Source of the DNA: an uncultured Longilinea sp.
GTDB lineage: Bacteria > Chloroflexota > Anaerolineae > Anaerolineales > Anaerolineaceae
Assembly (NCBI GenBank): GCA_964536805.1
Contig: CAZHYQ010000011.1
Location: 17,305 to 81,304, forward strand
Reading direction: 5' to 3'
Length of the DNA: 64,000 nt
A program made the position numbers and the translations under genes. Positions 45,868 through 55,700 of this stretch are shown here, piece after piece; the stretch's first letter is position 1; every line of letters begins with the position of its first letter. The notes below the pieces were generated by a model. The model was given only the letters and a program-made list of their open reading frames with translations, was not told the DNA's origin and searched no databases.

Positions 45868-47156
45868 TCCTGGGCGTTCTCCTCTCCATTGGGGATATAA
45901 ACGCCAACCACCCTGCGACGGGGATCGAGGTATTCCCGGGCAATTCGCTGCAAATCTGCCGGTGTCACCTGTGCGAGCCGTTCCATATATTCATTAAACC
46001 AATGGTACGTCGCGAACATCTCGGCATAACCCAGCCAAAAAGCCTGGTTGGTAATATTTTCGCTGCCGTAAGCGAATATTGCGCGTGCTTGTTTAATGGC
46101 GCGGGTGATTTCATCGGGGTGAACCATGTCCTGCTGCAAACGTTCAATTTCAGCATCCACCGCCTTCAATATGGCATCGACGCTTTGGCCAGGCCGAACG
46201 GTAACGGTTATCTCATATAAAAATGGATCAACAGTGGCTTGCGTGCCGCCGCCAATGCCAGTTGCCAGTTCTTTTTCGACCAATGCCCGGTATAAACGGC
46301 TGGTTTTATTTGAGGTACCGCCGCCTCCAAACATGTTTAAACTGGTTGGTCCGGTCAGCAGGCTATCCATCACAGCAAACGGGAAGAAGTCCGGATTGGC
46401 TGCGGCAGGGGAACGGTAGGAAAGTTGGACGAAGGTGGTCTTCCCGGGCCCTTTCACCTCCACCCGGCGTTCAGCAGCCAAAGGCGGTTCGGGTTGCACG
46501 GAGTGGCTGTTTGTTCCGCCTGAGGGGATGGCACCGTAAAGGTGTTCCAGCCGCTTAATCATTGCACCCGTTTCGAAATCTCCAGCGATGGCGACCAGAG
46601 CGTTGCCAGGATGGTAATTTGCCTTGTAATGCCGGAAAAGATCCTCCCGTTGAATCGCCGCCAGATCCTGCGGCGAGCCGATGATCTCATTCCGGTATGG
46701 GTGATGGTCAAAACCTGCCAATTGGACGGCTTCGCCCAGGCGGAAGAGCGGTTCGTTTTCGCTGCCTTCCCGTTCGGATAAAATGACCGAACGTTCCGAT
46801 TCAACTTCCTCGGTTTTGAACAGACTGTTCACCATGCGGTCTGATTCAAGGCGCAACCCCAGGTCTATCTTCTCAGCAGGCAGTGTTTCGAAAAAGGTTG
46901 TCCAGTCAAGGTGGGTAAAAGCATTCCAGAAACCACCTTCGCGGGAGATTGCTTTATCCAACATGCCGGCCGGAAAGTTCGTTGAACCTTTAAATTGCAT
47001 ATGCTCGACCCAGTGGGAAATGCCGGTCTGTCCTGGCAACTCGTCACGCGAGCCAATGCGGTACCACACCCAATGGCTGATGATGGGGGCAGTGTGGATT
47101 TCTTTCAGATGGATGGTTAAACCATTGGGGAGGTGTACCAAGGTTGGAGGGGTCAT
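45864..47156 (-). CDS. M16B zinc peptidase, catalytic subunit
   Basis: GSRDE..GQTGISHWVEHMQFKGS (HxxEH), GG.WNAFT..D.T and ER.VI.SER motifs. Start taken at 47156. Confidence 0.93.
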   Translation of the reverse strand: MTPPTLVHLPNGLTIHLKEIHTAPIISHWVWYRIGSRDELPGQTGISHWVEHMQFKGSTNFPAGMLDKAISREGGFWNAFTHLDWTTFFETLPAEKIDLGLRLESDRMVNSLFKTEEVESERSVILSEREGSENEPLFRLGEAVQLAGFDHHPYRNEIIGSPQDLAAIQREDLFRHYKANYHPGNALVAIAGDFETGAMIKRLEHLYGAIPSGGTNSHSVQPEPPLAAERRVEVKGPGKTTFVQLSYRSPAAANPDFFPFAVMDSLLTGPTSLNMFGGGGTSNKTSRLYRALVEKELATGIGGGTQATVDPFLYEITVTVRPGQSVDAILKAVDAEIERLQQDMVHPDEITRAIKQARAIFAYGSENITNQAFWLGYAEMFATYHWFNEYMERLAQVTPADLQRIAREYLDPRRRVVGVYIPNGEENAQE

Positions 47157-47182
47157 ATGGTTGGGATTATCCTCAGGATTGG

Positions 47183-47857
47183 CTAAGGGATGATGGCTGC
47201 GCAAAATGGATTGGGTTTTGTGCCGCATAAAGCCTCTTCCCAACTGCCCGGAATTTTACTGAGCAGTTCCCGGAAGGGACCTATTGCGTCGCGTAAATTG
47301 ACCAATGGGGTATGCAAACCGGTCTGGTTAAGCGGGATATCCACAGGAACAGCCAGGGTGATTGGGATCTTCTGATCCACCGGAATTGAAAGTGTGAGGT
47401 GAATGGGTAAATTCGTACCGGAGGGAAGAATGATATCGGCTGGCGCATTGAGTGTGAATGCACCGTTGTTGATGTCCACGTTCGCATTATCCACAGCCGT
47501 GTCCTGAGTGAGGCGTACGGTCGTATCCGTATCCACCTGCAGATCGAATTTGGCAGGAACATTGGTATCGAGATTGACTGTGGTTTGAATAAGGCTAACG
47601 TCCATTTGATTGATATTATCAACCAGCGGGTTTACGAGCCCTTTTTCAAGTGTGTTCTTGAGGGTGAAGATTTGCGAAAAAAGAAAAATGACGATACAGA
47701 CCAGGATTAAATTGACAACGATTGAAGCAATGGCCGTAATTGTCCAAAAAGTTGGATGGTAGTTTTCAGGTCGTGGACTATGCCTCTTGGAAATAGACCG
47801 GATAACCGTTGGTTTTGTATCCTCTGTGGCAAGTGGTTCGGGTTCAGGCAGATTCAT
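47183..47857 (-). CDS. Single-pass membrane protein of unknown function
   Basis: One TM (FWTITAIASIVVNLILVCIVIFLF), then beta-strand-rich I/V-P-V-D repeats and a C-terminal Cys pair. Confidence 0.7.
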   Translation of the reverse strand: MNLPEPEPLATEDTKPTVIRSISKRHSPRPENYHPTFWTITAIASIVVNLILVCIVIFLFSQIFTLKNTLEKGLVNPLVDNINQMDVSLIQTTVNLDTNVPAKFDLQVDTDTTVRLTQDTAVDNANVDINNGAFTLNAPADIILPSGTNLPIHLTLSIPVDQKIPITLAVPVDIPLNQTGLHTPLVNLRDAIGPFRELLSKIPGSWEEALCGTKPNPFCAAIIP

Positions 47858-48028
47858 GGTTTGCGGCGGTCCTTTCTTTGCCTAAAAAAATATTCACCCT
47901 TCATTATTATCGATCCATGCCGACCCGGACGAGTTGACTATAGCATAGATTTTTTAAAAAAGAAAACGAAACTCCTGTATAATCATCTTGGCATAATCGA
48001 TGATATTTTCGATCGTTGGATGGTGGAC

Positions 48029-49369
48029 ATGCTAACCAACAAACATCTCGTCGCTGTGGTGGGGGCTGGCCCGGCTGGCCTTTTTGCTGCCCGTGAGTTG
48101 GCTGTGCAAGGTGTGGATGTTTTCCTTTTTAATCGCGATATTAAACCGGGCGGATTGGCCGAGTATGGCATTTTTCCCGATAAGCACAAAATGAAAGAAG
48201 GGCTGCGAACTCAATTCCGCCAGGTACTATCACTGCCAAATGTGCATTATTACGGCAACGTGACCATTGGCAGCCAGGCGGACTTGAGCCTGGATGATTT
48301 GCGATCAATGGGATTCCAGGCAATTCTGGTTACCGTGGGTGCGCAAGGGACCAAATGGCTGGGCTTGCCCGGCGAAGATCTCAAGGGGGTTTATCACGCC
48401 AAGGATCTGGTCTATCACTACAACCGCCTTCCGCCATTTAGCAGCCGGAATTTTGAAATTGGCAAACGGGTTGCCATTATTGGCGCCGGAAATGTGAGTA
48501 TGGATATTTCCCGTTACCTTGCGACCAGCCGCATGGTCGATGAGATCAGTGTGGTGATTCGGCGCGGTCCTGCCGAGGTTAAGTTTGATAGCAAAGAACT
48601 CGAACATGTAGTCTCATACATTGACCTGACGGCGTTGCGTAACGAATTGGAACGCGTGCGCCCGATCATGCTTGCATTCGGCCAGGATCCGGTACATTTC
48701 CGCGAGGCGGTCATGGCCGCGCGTGAAAAAGGTGACGTAAGCACATCCAGAACCCACATCAGGCTAATGTTCCTGGTCTCGCCCACCCGCATGTTGGGAG
48801 ATGATCACGATCATGTTGCCGGGATAGAACTGGAAGACAACACTCTGGTCGCTGAAGATGGCGAGATAAAAGCGCGCGGCCTGGGCAGCCATAAAGCCAT
48901 CGAGGTGGATACGGTGATTTTTGCCATTGGCGACCGGGTGGATGGCGCGTTGGGTCTCCCGGTTAAAGGCAGCGAATTTGCCAAGAATCTCAATCCGCGC
49001 TACCCGGTTGAGCAGCAGACCTTTGAACTGATCAATCCCGTCGATAACACGCCGATTGATGATATTTTTGTGGCAGGCTGGGCGCGCAAAGCCAGTACCG
49101 GGTTGGTGGGGATTGCGCGCAAAGACGGTACCAATGGCGCGCGCGTCGTAATGCAATACCTTTTGACGCAACCTGAGTTAGAAACTGATACCCTGGACCA
49201 GATCGATAAACGGATTCTTTCGTTGCCAAAACCAGTGGTCACCTGGCATGACCTGCAACAATTGCAGACGGCCGAGCAGGCAATGGCTGAGAATAACCAG
49301 ATTGAAGAATTTAAGTTTTTTACCAATGATGAAATGTTGAGAGCCATTGGAATTTCAGAAATCCATTAG
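48029..49369 (+). CDS. Adrenodoxin-reductase-like ferredoxin/flavodoxin-NADP+ reductase (FprA-like)
   Basis: VAVVGAGPAG, PGGLAEYGIFPD, IIGAGNVSMD and FVAGWARKASTG motifs. Confidence 0.88.
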   Translation: MLTNKHLVAVVGAGPAGLFAARELAVQGVDVFLFNRDIKPGGLAEYGIFPDKHKMKEGLRTQFRQVLSLPNVHYYGNVTIGSQADLSLDDLRSMGFQAILVTVGAQGTKWLGLPGEDLKGVYHAKDLVYHYNRLPPFSSRNFEIGKRVAIIGAGNVSMDISRYLATSRMVDEISVVIRRGPAEVKFDSKELEHVVSYIDLTALRNELERVRPIMLAFGQDPVHFREAVMAAREKGDVSTSRTHIRLMFLVSPTRMLGDDHDHVAGIELEDNTLVAEDGEIKARGLGSHKAIEVDTVIFAIGDRVDGALGLPVKGSEFAKNLNPRYPVEQQTFELINPVDNTPIDDIFVAGWARKASTGLVGIARKDGTNGARVVMQYLLTQPELETDTLDQIDKRILSLPKPVVTWHDLQQLQTAEQAMAENNQIEEFKFFTNDEMLRAIGISEIH

Positions 49370-49375
49370 AACCAA

Positions 49376-49400
49376 AAATACCGGCTTATGGCCGGTGTTT
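49376..49400. terminator. Probable bidirectional terminator
   Basis: Stem ACCGGC/GCCGGT flanked by A-rich and T-rich tracts, between convergent genes. Confidence 0.55.
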
Positions 49401-49426
49401 GATCGTTTACTTGGGAGAAGATTTAT

Positions 49427-49912
49427 TTATGCTGGTATCCTGTAAGGGATCAGCATCAAGAATCCAATTGCTATGATTGCCTGGCCGACTTCAACGCCGG
49501 CAGCCTGCCAATGGCCAAAATAAATCAAGCCGGGAAGGGGATGACTGCCCAGGCCAAAGATATCTGCCATGCCGGCAAAAACAGCGATGACGTATCCCGT
49601 GGAGACCAGGCGCAAGCCCAGATCGGCGGCGATGGAGGTTTGCTGTTTTTTCCACAACGCCATCATGCTCAGGTACCCGCCGATGCAAATCAGTGCCAGA
49701 CCCACCAGGAACACCGCGATTTGGACAAAACCGATCACCGGGCTGCGGTCCAAACCAAATATGCTCGGCCGCGCACCAATTAAAAAGGTTAGAAAACCCA
49801 CCAATGTGATTGACAAACCCGTGCGGATACGCCGGCGCGAATAAGGCCGTTCGGGAATGGTATCTTCAGAAGTGATGGAGGGGATGGGAACGCTGGGGAC
49901 CGATTCACTCAT
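49427..49912 (-). CDS. Hypothetical 4-TM membrane protein
   Basis: 161 aa with four hydrophobic helices. Its start overlaps the dipeptidase stop (ATGA coupling). Confidence 0.75.
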   Translation of the reverse strand: MSESVPSVPIPSITSEDTIPERPYSRRRIRTGLSITLVGFLTFLIGARPSIFGLDRSPVIGFVQIAVFLVGLALICIGGYLSMMALWKKQQTSIAADLGLRLVSTGYVIAVFAGMADIFGLGSHPLPGLIYFGHWQAAGVEVGQAIIAIGFLMLIPYRIPA

Positions 49913-51009
49913 GACGCGGGCAAGCCTCTTTCGAGTATGTGCTGCCAGTTGCCGTTGAATATTGATTGTACCTCATCTTGCTGGTAGCCGTGCTCAATTA
50001 ATTTATTTTCCAGTTTTTGCAAATCTGCAATGGTATCGATTTCATAAGGCACTGCCGGCCAGCCAAAGCCGCCATCAAAATCAGTGCCCAGGGCGGCATG
50101 GTTGGCATCCCCTGCCAACTGGCAGATGTGATCGATATGGGCCACAAGATGCTCGAGGGTGACCCACTCGCGCGGATCGCTGTTCTTCCACTCAGGCACC
50201 AGAAAACGATTATAAGGCAATACGCCCATCACACCGTCGCGCTCAATCAAACGGCAGATGGTCTCATCCGTCAGGTGGCGTTCGCCGTAAGCGCCATGGA
50301 TCAGGCTGCGTGAATTTGCGTGGGATGCTATGATGGTGCCTTCGTATCGATCCAGCGCTTCCAGGGCTGATTGTTCTGTCATATGCGCCAGGTCCAGCGT
50401 ATATTCCAGACCGGCCATGACCTCCAATAGTTCGCGGCCTTCGCGCGAGAAACCGCCTTTTTCATGCATGCCGCCGCACCAGCGTGTGCCAGCCCATACC
50501 GGTCCAAAAATGCGCAAGCCGTTTTGCCACCACTCTTCCAATTCGCGCGGGTTCTCCAACCCTTCGCCACCTTCCATCAACAGCACCAATCCAACCGGAT
50601 TGGTGATTTCCGGATATACGGCTGGCTGAGTCTGCCAGGCGCCCAGGACGGATTGCAGATCTTTCCGTGTGCGGACCAGCCGGAATTTATCAGGGTTTTC
50701 GTCAGTCAATCGCTGGTAATAATCCAGTTGCGCCTGATATAACCGTTTGGCAGAAGCAGCATCGTCGAAAACCTGGTTTTCCCAGGCGCCTCCGGCATAA
50801 CGACGGGGAGCAATGAACAGGGTGGAAAAAATGAGTGCAATCTGTCCGCGCTGAAAATCCGGCCAACCCAGCAGTGTATCGCTGGTCAGCGCTGGCGTGG
50901 CAGTCCCAATTTCCAGCTTGCGGATTTCCGCTGCCGATTTAAGATAATCTCGCTGGAAAGACAACGCATTATAGGCCAAATCCTGGTGTGCATCGATGAT
51001 AAAAGTCAT
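49909..51009 (-). CDS. Membrane dipeptidase (peptidase M19)
   Basis: IIDAHQD, LLMEG, LDLAH, IASHAN, LVAHIDH and LGTDFDG motifs. Confidence 0.92.
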   Translation of the reverse strand: MTFIIDAHQDLAYNALSFQRDYLKSAAEIRKLEIGTATPALTSDTLLGWPDFQRGQIALIFSTLFIAPRRYAGGAWENQVFDDAASAKRLYQAQLDYYQRLTDENPDKFRLVRTRKDLQSVLGAWQTQPAVYPEITNPVGLVLLMEGGEGLENPRELEEWWQNGLRIFGPVWAGTRWCGGMHEKGGFSREGRELLEVMAGLEYTLDLAHMTEQSALEALDRYEGTIIASHANSRSLIHGAYGERHLTDETICRLIERDGVMGVLPYNRFLVPEWKNSDPREWVTLEHLVAHIDHICQLAGDANHAALGTDFDGGFGWPAVPYEIDTIADLQKLENKLIEHGYQQDEVQSIFNGNWQHILERGLPAS

Positions 51010-51033
51010 CGGGTTTCCTCAGCAATCCGTAGT

Positions 51034-51060
51034 AAAAGGAGCGCACCATTGGTGCGCTCC
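51034..51060 (-). terminator. Intrinsic terminator of rpsA
   Basis: 10-bp stem GGAGCGCACC/GGTGCGCTCC, then TTTT on the minus strand. Confidence 0.85.
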
Positions 51061-51084
51061 CTGATCCTTACGTTTGAAAAGGGC

Positions 51085-52509
51085 TTAGGCTACCGGTTCG
51101 CCGGCTGGTTTTTCAGAGTCGTCAACCGATTTCTCAGCTTCGTCAGCCGCTTTTTCAGCTTCGACAACTACTTTTTTAGCCCTTGAAGCCCGTTTTTTGG
51201 GTTCGGCAGCTGGTTTTTCGGCTTCGGCAACCGGTTTTTCGAGTTCCTCTACCGGCTTTTCGGCCACAGCAATGGTTTCTTCGGGTTCTTCGGCGGGTTT
51301 TTCTTCTTCATTGCCGAGGATTTCATCCAAAGACTGCCAATCCATGTCAGCGTAGGCCATTGATTCGACGCGGCGCAGGCTCAGGCCGATGCGGTGATTC
51401 TCAGGATCAATCTTGATGATCCGCAGCGTAACCTGTTCGCCTTCGTGCAACACTTCTTTGGGGTGTTCAATGCGCTTTTCGCTGATTTCCGAGATGTGGA
51501 TCAAACCTTCCAGGTCGTCTTCCAGGCGGGCAAAAGCGCCGAACTTGGTGAGCCGGGTAATGTTTGCTTCCACCAGCTGGCCAACCACGAATTGGGCAGA
51601 GCGTTGGGTCCAGGGATCATCGAGCAGTTGGCGAATGGAAAGTCCGATGCGCTTCTTCTCGCGTTCAATGCTGATGACTTTGACCTTGACTTCTTGTCCG
51701 ACCTTGAGAACCTCGCCAGGATGCTGGATGCGGTCCCAGGAGATTTCAGAGAGATGAACCAGGCCGTCGGCGCCGTTGATGTTGACGAAAGCGCCAAAAT
51801 CAGCCAGGCTGGTAACGCGTCCGGTGCGGATTTCGCCTTCTTTCAATTCGTCAATCACGCGTTCCTTGATGGTTTCGCGAGTCTCGGTGCTGGCAGCGCG
51901 TTCTGATAAGATCAGGCGGCGGCGTTCGCGGTCGACTTCGATCACGACCACATCGATCTCCTGGCCGATCATTTTGCTCCAGCGCTGGTCGGGGGTTTCG
52001 CCCGAAAGTCCTGCACGCCGGGAAAGGCTGATTTGGGAGGAGGGCACAAAACCGCGCAGGCCGCCAACAGGAACGATCAATCCGCCCTTGTTGTAGCCAA
52101 CGATCGAACTGTGATAGACCTCTTTGGATGTGAGCAGCTCTTCAGTGCGCGTCCAACTGACCTCTTCACGCGCCCGAACGTATGAGAGAACAAGATTCCC
52201 GTTCTGGTCTTCGGGATTAACGACGAATACCGGAATTTCCTGTCCTACTTTGAGTTCAGAAAGCTCTTCTGAAGGAATCAACTCATATTCCTTGCCAGTA
52301 ATCATGCCTTCTGATTTGGTTCCGACGCTGACTAGAATCTGACCAGGGGTAATGCTGGCGATTACGCCGTCGCGAATCTCGCCGGCCTTGGGAAATTCAA
52401 TCCCAGGACCTTCCTGATCGAGAAGAGAGGCCATGTCGTTTTGGTTGTCAATGAGATGATTCTCGGGCGTTTCCCCCTGCTCGAGTTGGGCGTCGTTTTG
52501 ATCCATCAT
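51085..52509 (-). CDS. rpsA: 30S ribosomal protein S1 (four S1 domains plus a charged tail)
   Basis: S1 repeats including NKGGLIV..GLRGFVPSSQI, DFGAFV..GADGLVHLSEISW and FGAFA...EGLIHISEI. Confidence 0.95.
   Translation of the reverse strand: MMDQNDAQLEQGETPENHLIDNQNDMASLLDQEGPGIEFPKAGEIRDGVIASITPGQILVSVGTKSEGMITGKEYELIPSEELSELKVGQEIPVFVVNPEDQNGNLVLSYVRAREEVSWTRTEELLTSKEVYHSSIVGYNKGGLIVPVGGLRGFVPSSQISLSRRAGLSGETPDQRWSKMIGQEIDVVVIEVDRERRRLILSERAASTETRETIKERVIDELKEGEIRTGRVTSLADFGAFVNINGADGLVHLSEISWDRIQHPGEVLKVGQEVKVKVISIEREKKRIGLSIRQLLDDPWTQRSAQFVVGQLVEANITRLTKFGAFARLEDDLEGLIHISEISEKRIEHPKEVLHEGEQVTLRIIKIDPENHRIGLSLRRVESMAYADMDWQSLDEILGNEEEKPAEEPEETIAVAEKPVEELEKPVAEAEKPAAEPKKRASRAKKVVVEAEKAADEAEKSVDDSEKPAGEPVA
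51106..51315 (-). repeat. Degenerate 21-bp tandem repeat (about 10 units) encoding heptads in the S1 tail
   Basis: Units such as TGGTTTTTCGGCTTCGGCAAC, CGGTTTTTCGAGTTCCTCTAC and TGGTTTTTCAGAGTCGTCAAC, giving peptides IAVAEKP, VEELEKP, VAEAEKP, ADEAEKS, VDDSEKP. Confidence 0.8.
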
Positions 52510-52546
52510 ACGATCTGTGTGCTCCGGTTACGAAAATATAAGAACC

Positions 52547-52588
52547 ATTATAAAGGTATCCAATCATCTTGACAACCCTTAGGTTGTC
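52547..52588 (-). promoter_or_regulatory. rpsA promoter with a palindrome over the -35
   Basis: TTGTCA (52575-70), 17-bp spacer, TATAAT (52552-47). GACAACC-CTTA-GGTTGTC at 52571-88. Confidence 0.65.
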
Positions 52589-52718
52589 CAGATAACCAGT
52601 ATCTCTATAACTAAATGATTATACCAGAATTAAATGTCAAGCGATTAATAAGAATACAGGTGCAAGTATTTGCTCTTTGCACCTGTATTTTCCAGAATCC
52701 GTTAATTACATCATCGTT

Positions 52719-55700
52719 TTAGTGGTGGCGCCGTTTTTTCTTGTTTGCCGTACGGTCAACCGGGATTGGAGCTGCTGTTGGGGTGGAAGCGGTTTCTTCT
52801 CCGCTTTCCAACGCTTCCGGAACATCCACGCGTTCGCGGTCGATGCTGATGGAGGCTTCGCGGCTGGGACGGAAGGTGAACATGCGGTTGACCACGCCGG
52901 AACGGATTTCTTTCAGCAGGTCCTGGAACAATTCGGAAGCCTTGCCCTTGTACATGACCAATGGGTCGCGCTGGGCATAGGCTTCCAACCCGATTGAAAC
53001 GCGCAAGGCTTCGACGCGGGTCAGGTATTCGACCCAGGCCTGCGAAATGACCGAAAGCAGCAATTCGCGGAAACTCTCATTCAGCAGGCGTTTTCCCAAT
53101 GCACCAACCAGTTGGTTGCGGTCTTCCTGCGACATTTCAGCAAGCGGCCTCTCCGCTAGTTCATTCATCTTTTCGATGCCGGTTTGTTCGCGTAAATAAT
53201 CCTGGTGGCGCACATCCAGCTGATTGAGCGTTACCTCATTCTGGTTCAGCCGCTTCCATTCTGCCAGGCCCCAAATGATGGTCAAAGCGCCGATGGCTCC
53301 GCGGGCGTGTTCCAATACCTGCTCGGTCACTTCGCTGGCCGGACGGCCTTCCAGTTGGCGCGCCGCCAGGTAAACATAATTAAGCCTGGTAAAGCGCTGG
53401 GTTGCCTGCCGGTGCGTGCGTTTGTCAAAGGATACGCGGGTACCCTGCGCCATGAAGGTGAGCATCGCCATCATATTGCGCTCCACGACGGGCGCATCCT
53501 TGAGCTTGTCCATCAGGGGTTCCAGGTCGCGTGCGATTTGCCCATTTTGGCCGACCAGCCGTTGCGCTTGTTCATCCAGTGCGCTCATAACCGCCTGAAG
53601 CAGCGTTTCTGAAATCTCCTGCCAGTTCAAGTTTTGCAATTGGCCGGGTTTAAAACCCAGGTTTTCAACGCGGCGTTCCAAGGCTGTCACCGAGCGGGCA
53701 ATGGCAATGTTGAGCAGGTTGGATTCGATTTGTTCCTGGATTACCCCTTTGACTTCCTCCTGACCGTCGACAAGTTGGCGCAGTTGTTCAGAGGTAAGCC
53801 GTAGCGGAATGTGCAGCAGCCCGCCCAATTCTTCTGCGATTTCCTGCGGTTTGCGCTGCAAAGATCGATCATCTTCTTCCTCTTTGCTCTGCAGCGATTC
53901 GAGGTAGTTATCCAATATTTCAAAACGATCGTCGCGCTGGCGTTCCAGGGCTTCGCTCATGCGGTCGAGCAAGGTGCGCGCAGCCTTCACAATATGGTCG
54001 CGTTCGGCCTGCAAGGCTCGACTTGCGGTTTCCATGCACGCTTCGCGCATATCGTAAACGGTTCCCGGGGTTTTCTCGAGCCGTTTTTGCAGATCGTCCA
54101 CCAGGATGCGCAGGGTCAGCGAAGGGTAAAGCACGCCTTCGAAGTCGAGTGTAGGCTGAACTTCATCCATGAAGGCCAGAAGTTTCCAGGGACCTTCCTC
54201 TTTGTCCTTCAAAGCATCGGGAACGCGCAGGTTCAGATCCGTTTCCAAAATCTCGATGACATCCTCGGTTAAATCAGGTTTGGTGAAGGCGCGATCGCGT
54301 TGCGCATAAATACGCTGGCGTTGCGAATTTAGCACGTCATCGTATTCCAGCAGGTGCTTGCGGACATCAAAGTTGCTGCCTTCCACCCGTTCCTGGGCTT
54401 GTTCCACCAACCGGCCCAACAGGTTGTGCTCGATGGGATAGCTTTCATCGATGTTCAGCCGTTTGATAAGGTTGTCAACCTGGCCGCCGCCGAACAAGCG
54501 CATCAATTCATCTTCGAGGGAGAGGTAAAAACGGGAAGACCCTGGATCGCCCTGCCGGGCAGAGCGGCCGCGCAGCTGGTTGTCAATGCGGCGTGCCTCG
54601 TGGCGTTCCGATCCGACCACATGCAGCCCGCCCAATTGGCGCACGCGTTCCATGTCGTCCATGTAGGCGAGGAAAGCATCAACCGCTTCCACATAGATGC
54701 CGTAATCATCGCGCGATATGGCCAGCAGCGCCTTACGGCGGTCTTCGTTGGTCATATCATAGGGATCGTTCTGGGTGCGCTGCAAAACGCGAATGACGCC
54801 CGCCAGAACATCGTCGGGCAATTCGCCGCCCAATTTGATGTCGACACCGCGGCCGGCCATATTGGTGGCGATGGTCACCATGCCAAAAGAACCGGCGCGG
54901 GCTATGATCTGGGATTCCTCATCATGTTTGCGCGCATTTAGAACCTGATGCGGCACTCCGCCTTGAATGGTTTTGATCAGGCGGTCCTTCTCGTTTTGAG
55001 ATAGATCCAATGCCCGGATCAGCATGTCCAGATTGGCTGGATCCTCCGGGTTGATCGAAGCCAGGCCAAGCGGTTTGGCAGCCTGGCGCAATTCGCCCGG
55101 GTTCAGATCATCCAGGGGTTTATTTAGGAATTCCAATTCCGGGATGCGCTGCTCGATGAAATCCTGTTTATTCTTTTCCATCCAGGCCCGGCGTACTAAA
55201 AGAATCTGCAGCAAGCGCCGGATTGGCTCGGCCTTTAAACGGTCGGAAAGACGCTCCGAATGTTCCACCGAGGTGGTGCCGACCAGTTGCGGACGCCCGA
55301 GCAGGTAATAGCGCAGGATCTCTTCAATGATGGCACGCAGCTTGGCTTCTTCGGTACGGTAAACCACGTCCGGAAAGTCCTTGCGCCGCCAAAACACAGG
55401 AGTCTTTGTCGGGTCGCCTTTGCGGGTATAAAAACTCACTTTATAACCGTTTTCATCCTTGCCTTCCACCTCGGCAAGTTCGGCATTGGCGCGCATGGCG
55501 GAATATTCCAGGTTGGTGGGAATGGGCTGGACTTCCAATTTGTAAATCTTATGGAATTCTTCCGATTCGGTCAGGCCGGTGCCGGTCATGCCCGCCAGCT
55601 TTTCGTACATGCGGAAATAATTCTGAATGGTGATGGTGGCATAGGTGACGTTTTCCGGTTCGACCTTCACGCCTTCCTTGGCTTCCACCGCCTGATGGAG

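Noticed and set aside
51106-51315. CRISPR array
   Set aside because: The units are contiguous, degenerate and in-frame coding, with no spacers and no cas genes. No CRISPR-like repeat-spacer pattern was seen anywhere in the window.
52614-52640. Second rpsA promoter from perfect TTGACA and TATAAT hexamers
   Set aside because: The spacing is only 11 bp, which is incompatible with sigma70 geometry.
53070-55510. Inteins explaining the SecA insertions
   Set aside because: No Cys/Ser-start and His-Asn plus Cys/Ser/Thr splice junctions or LAGLIDADG motifs were visible.
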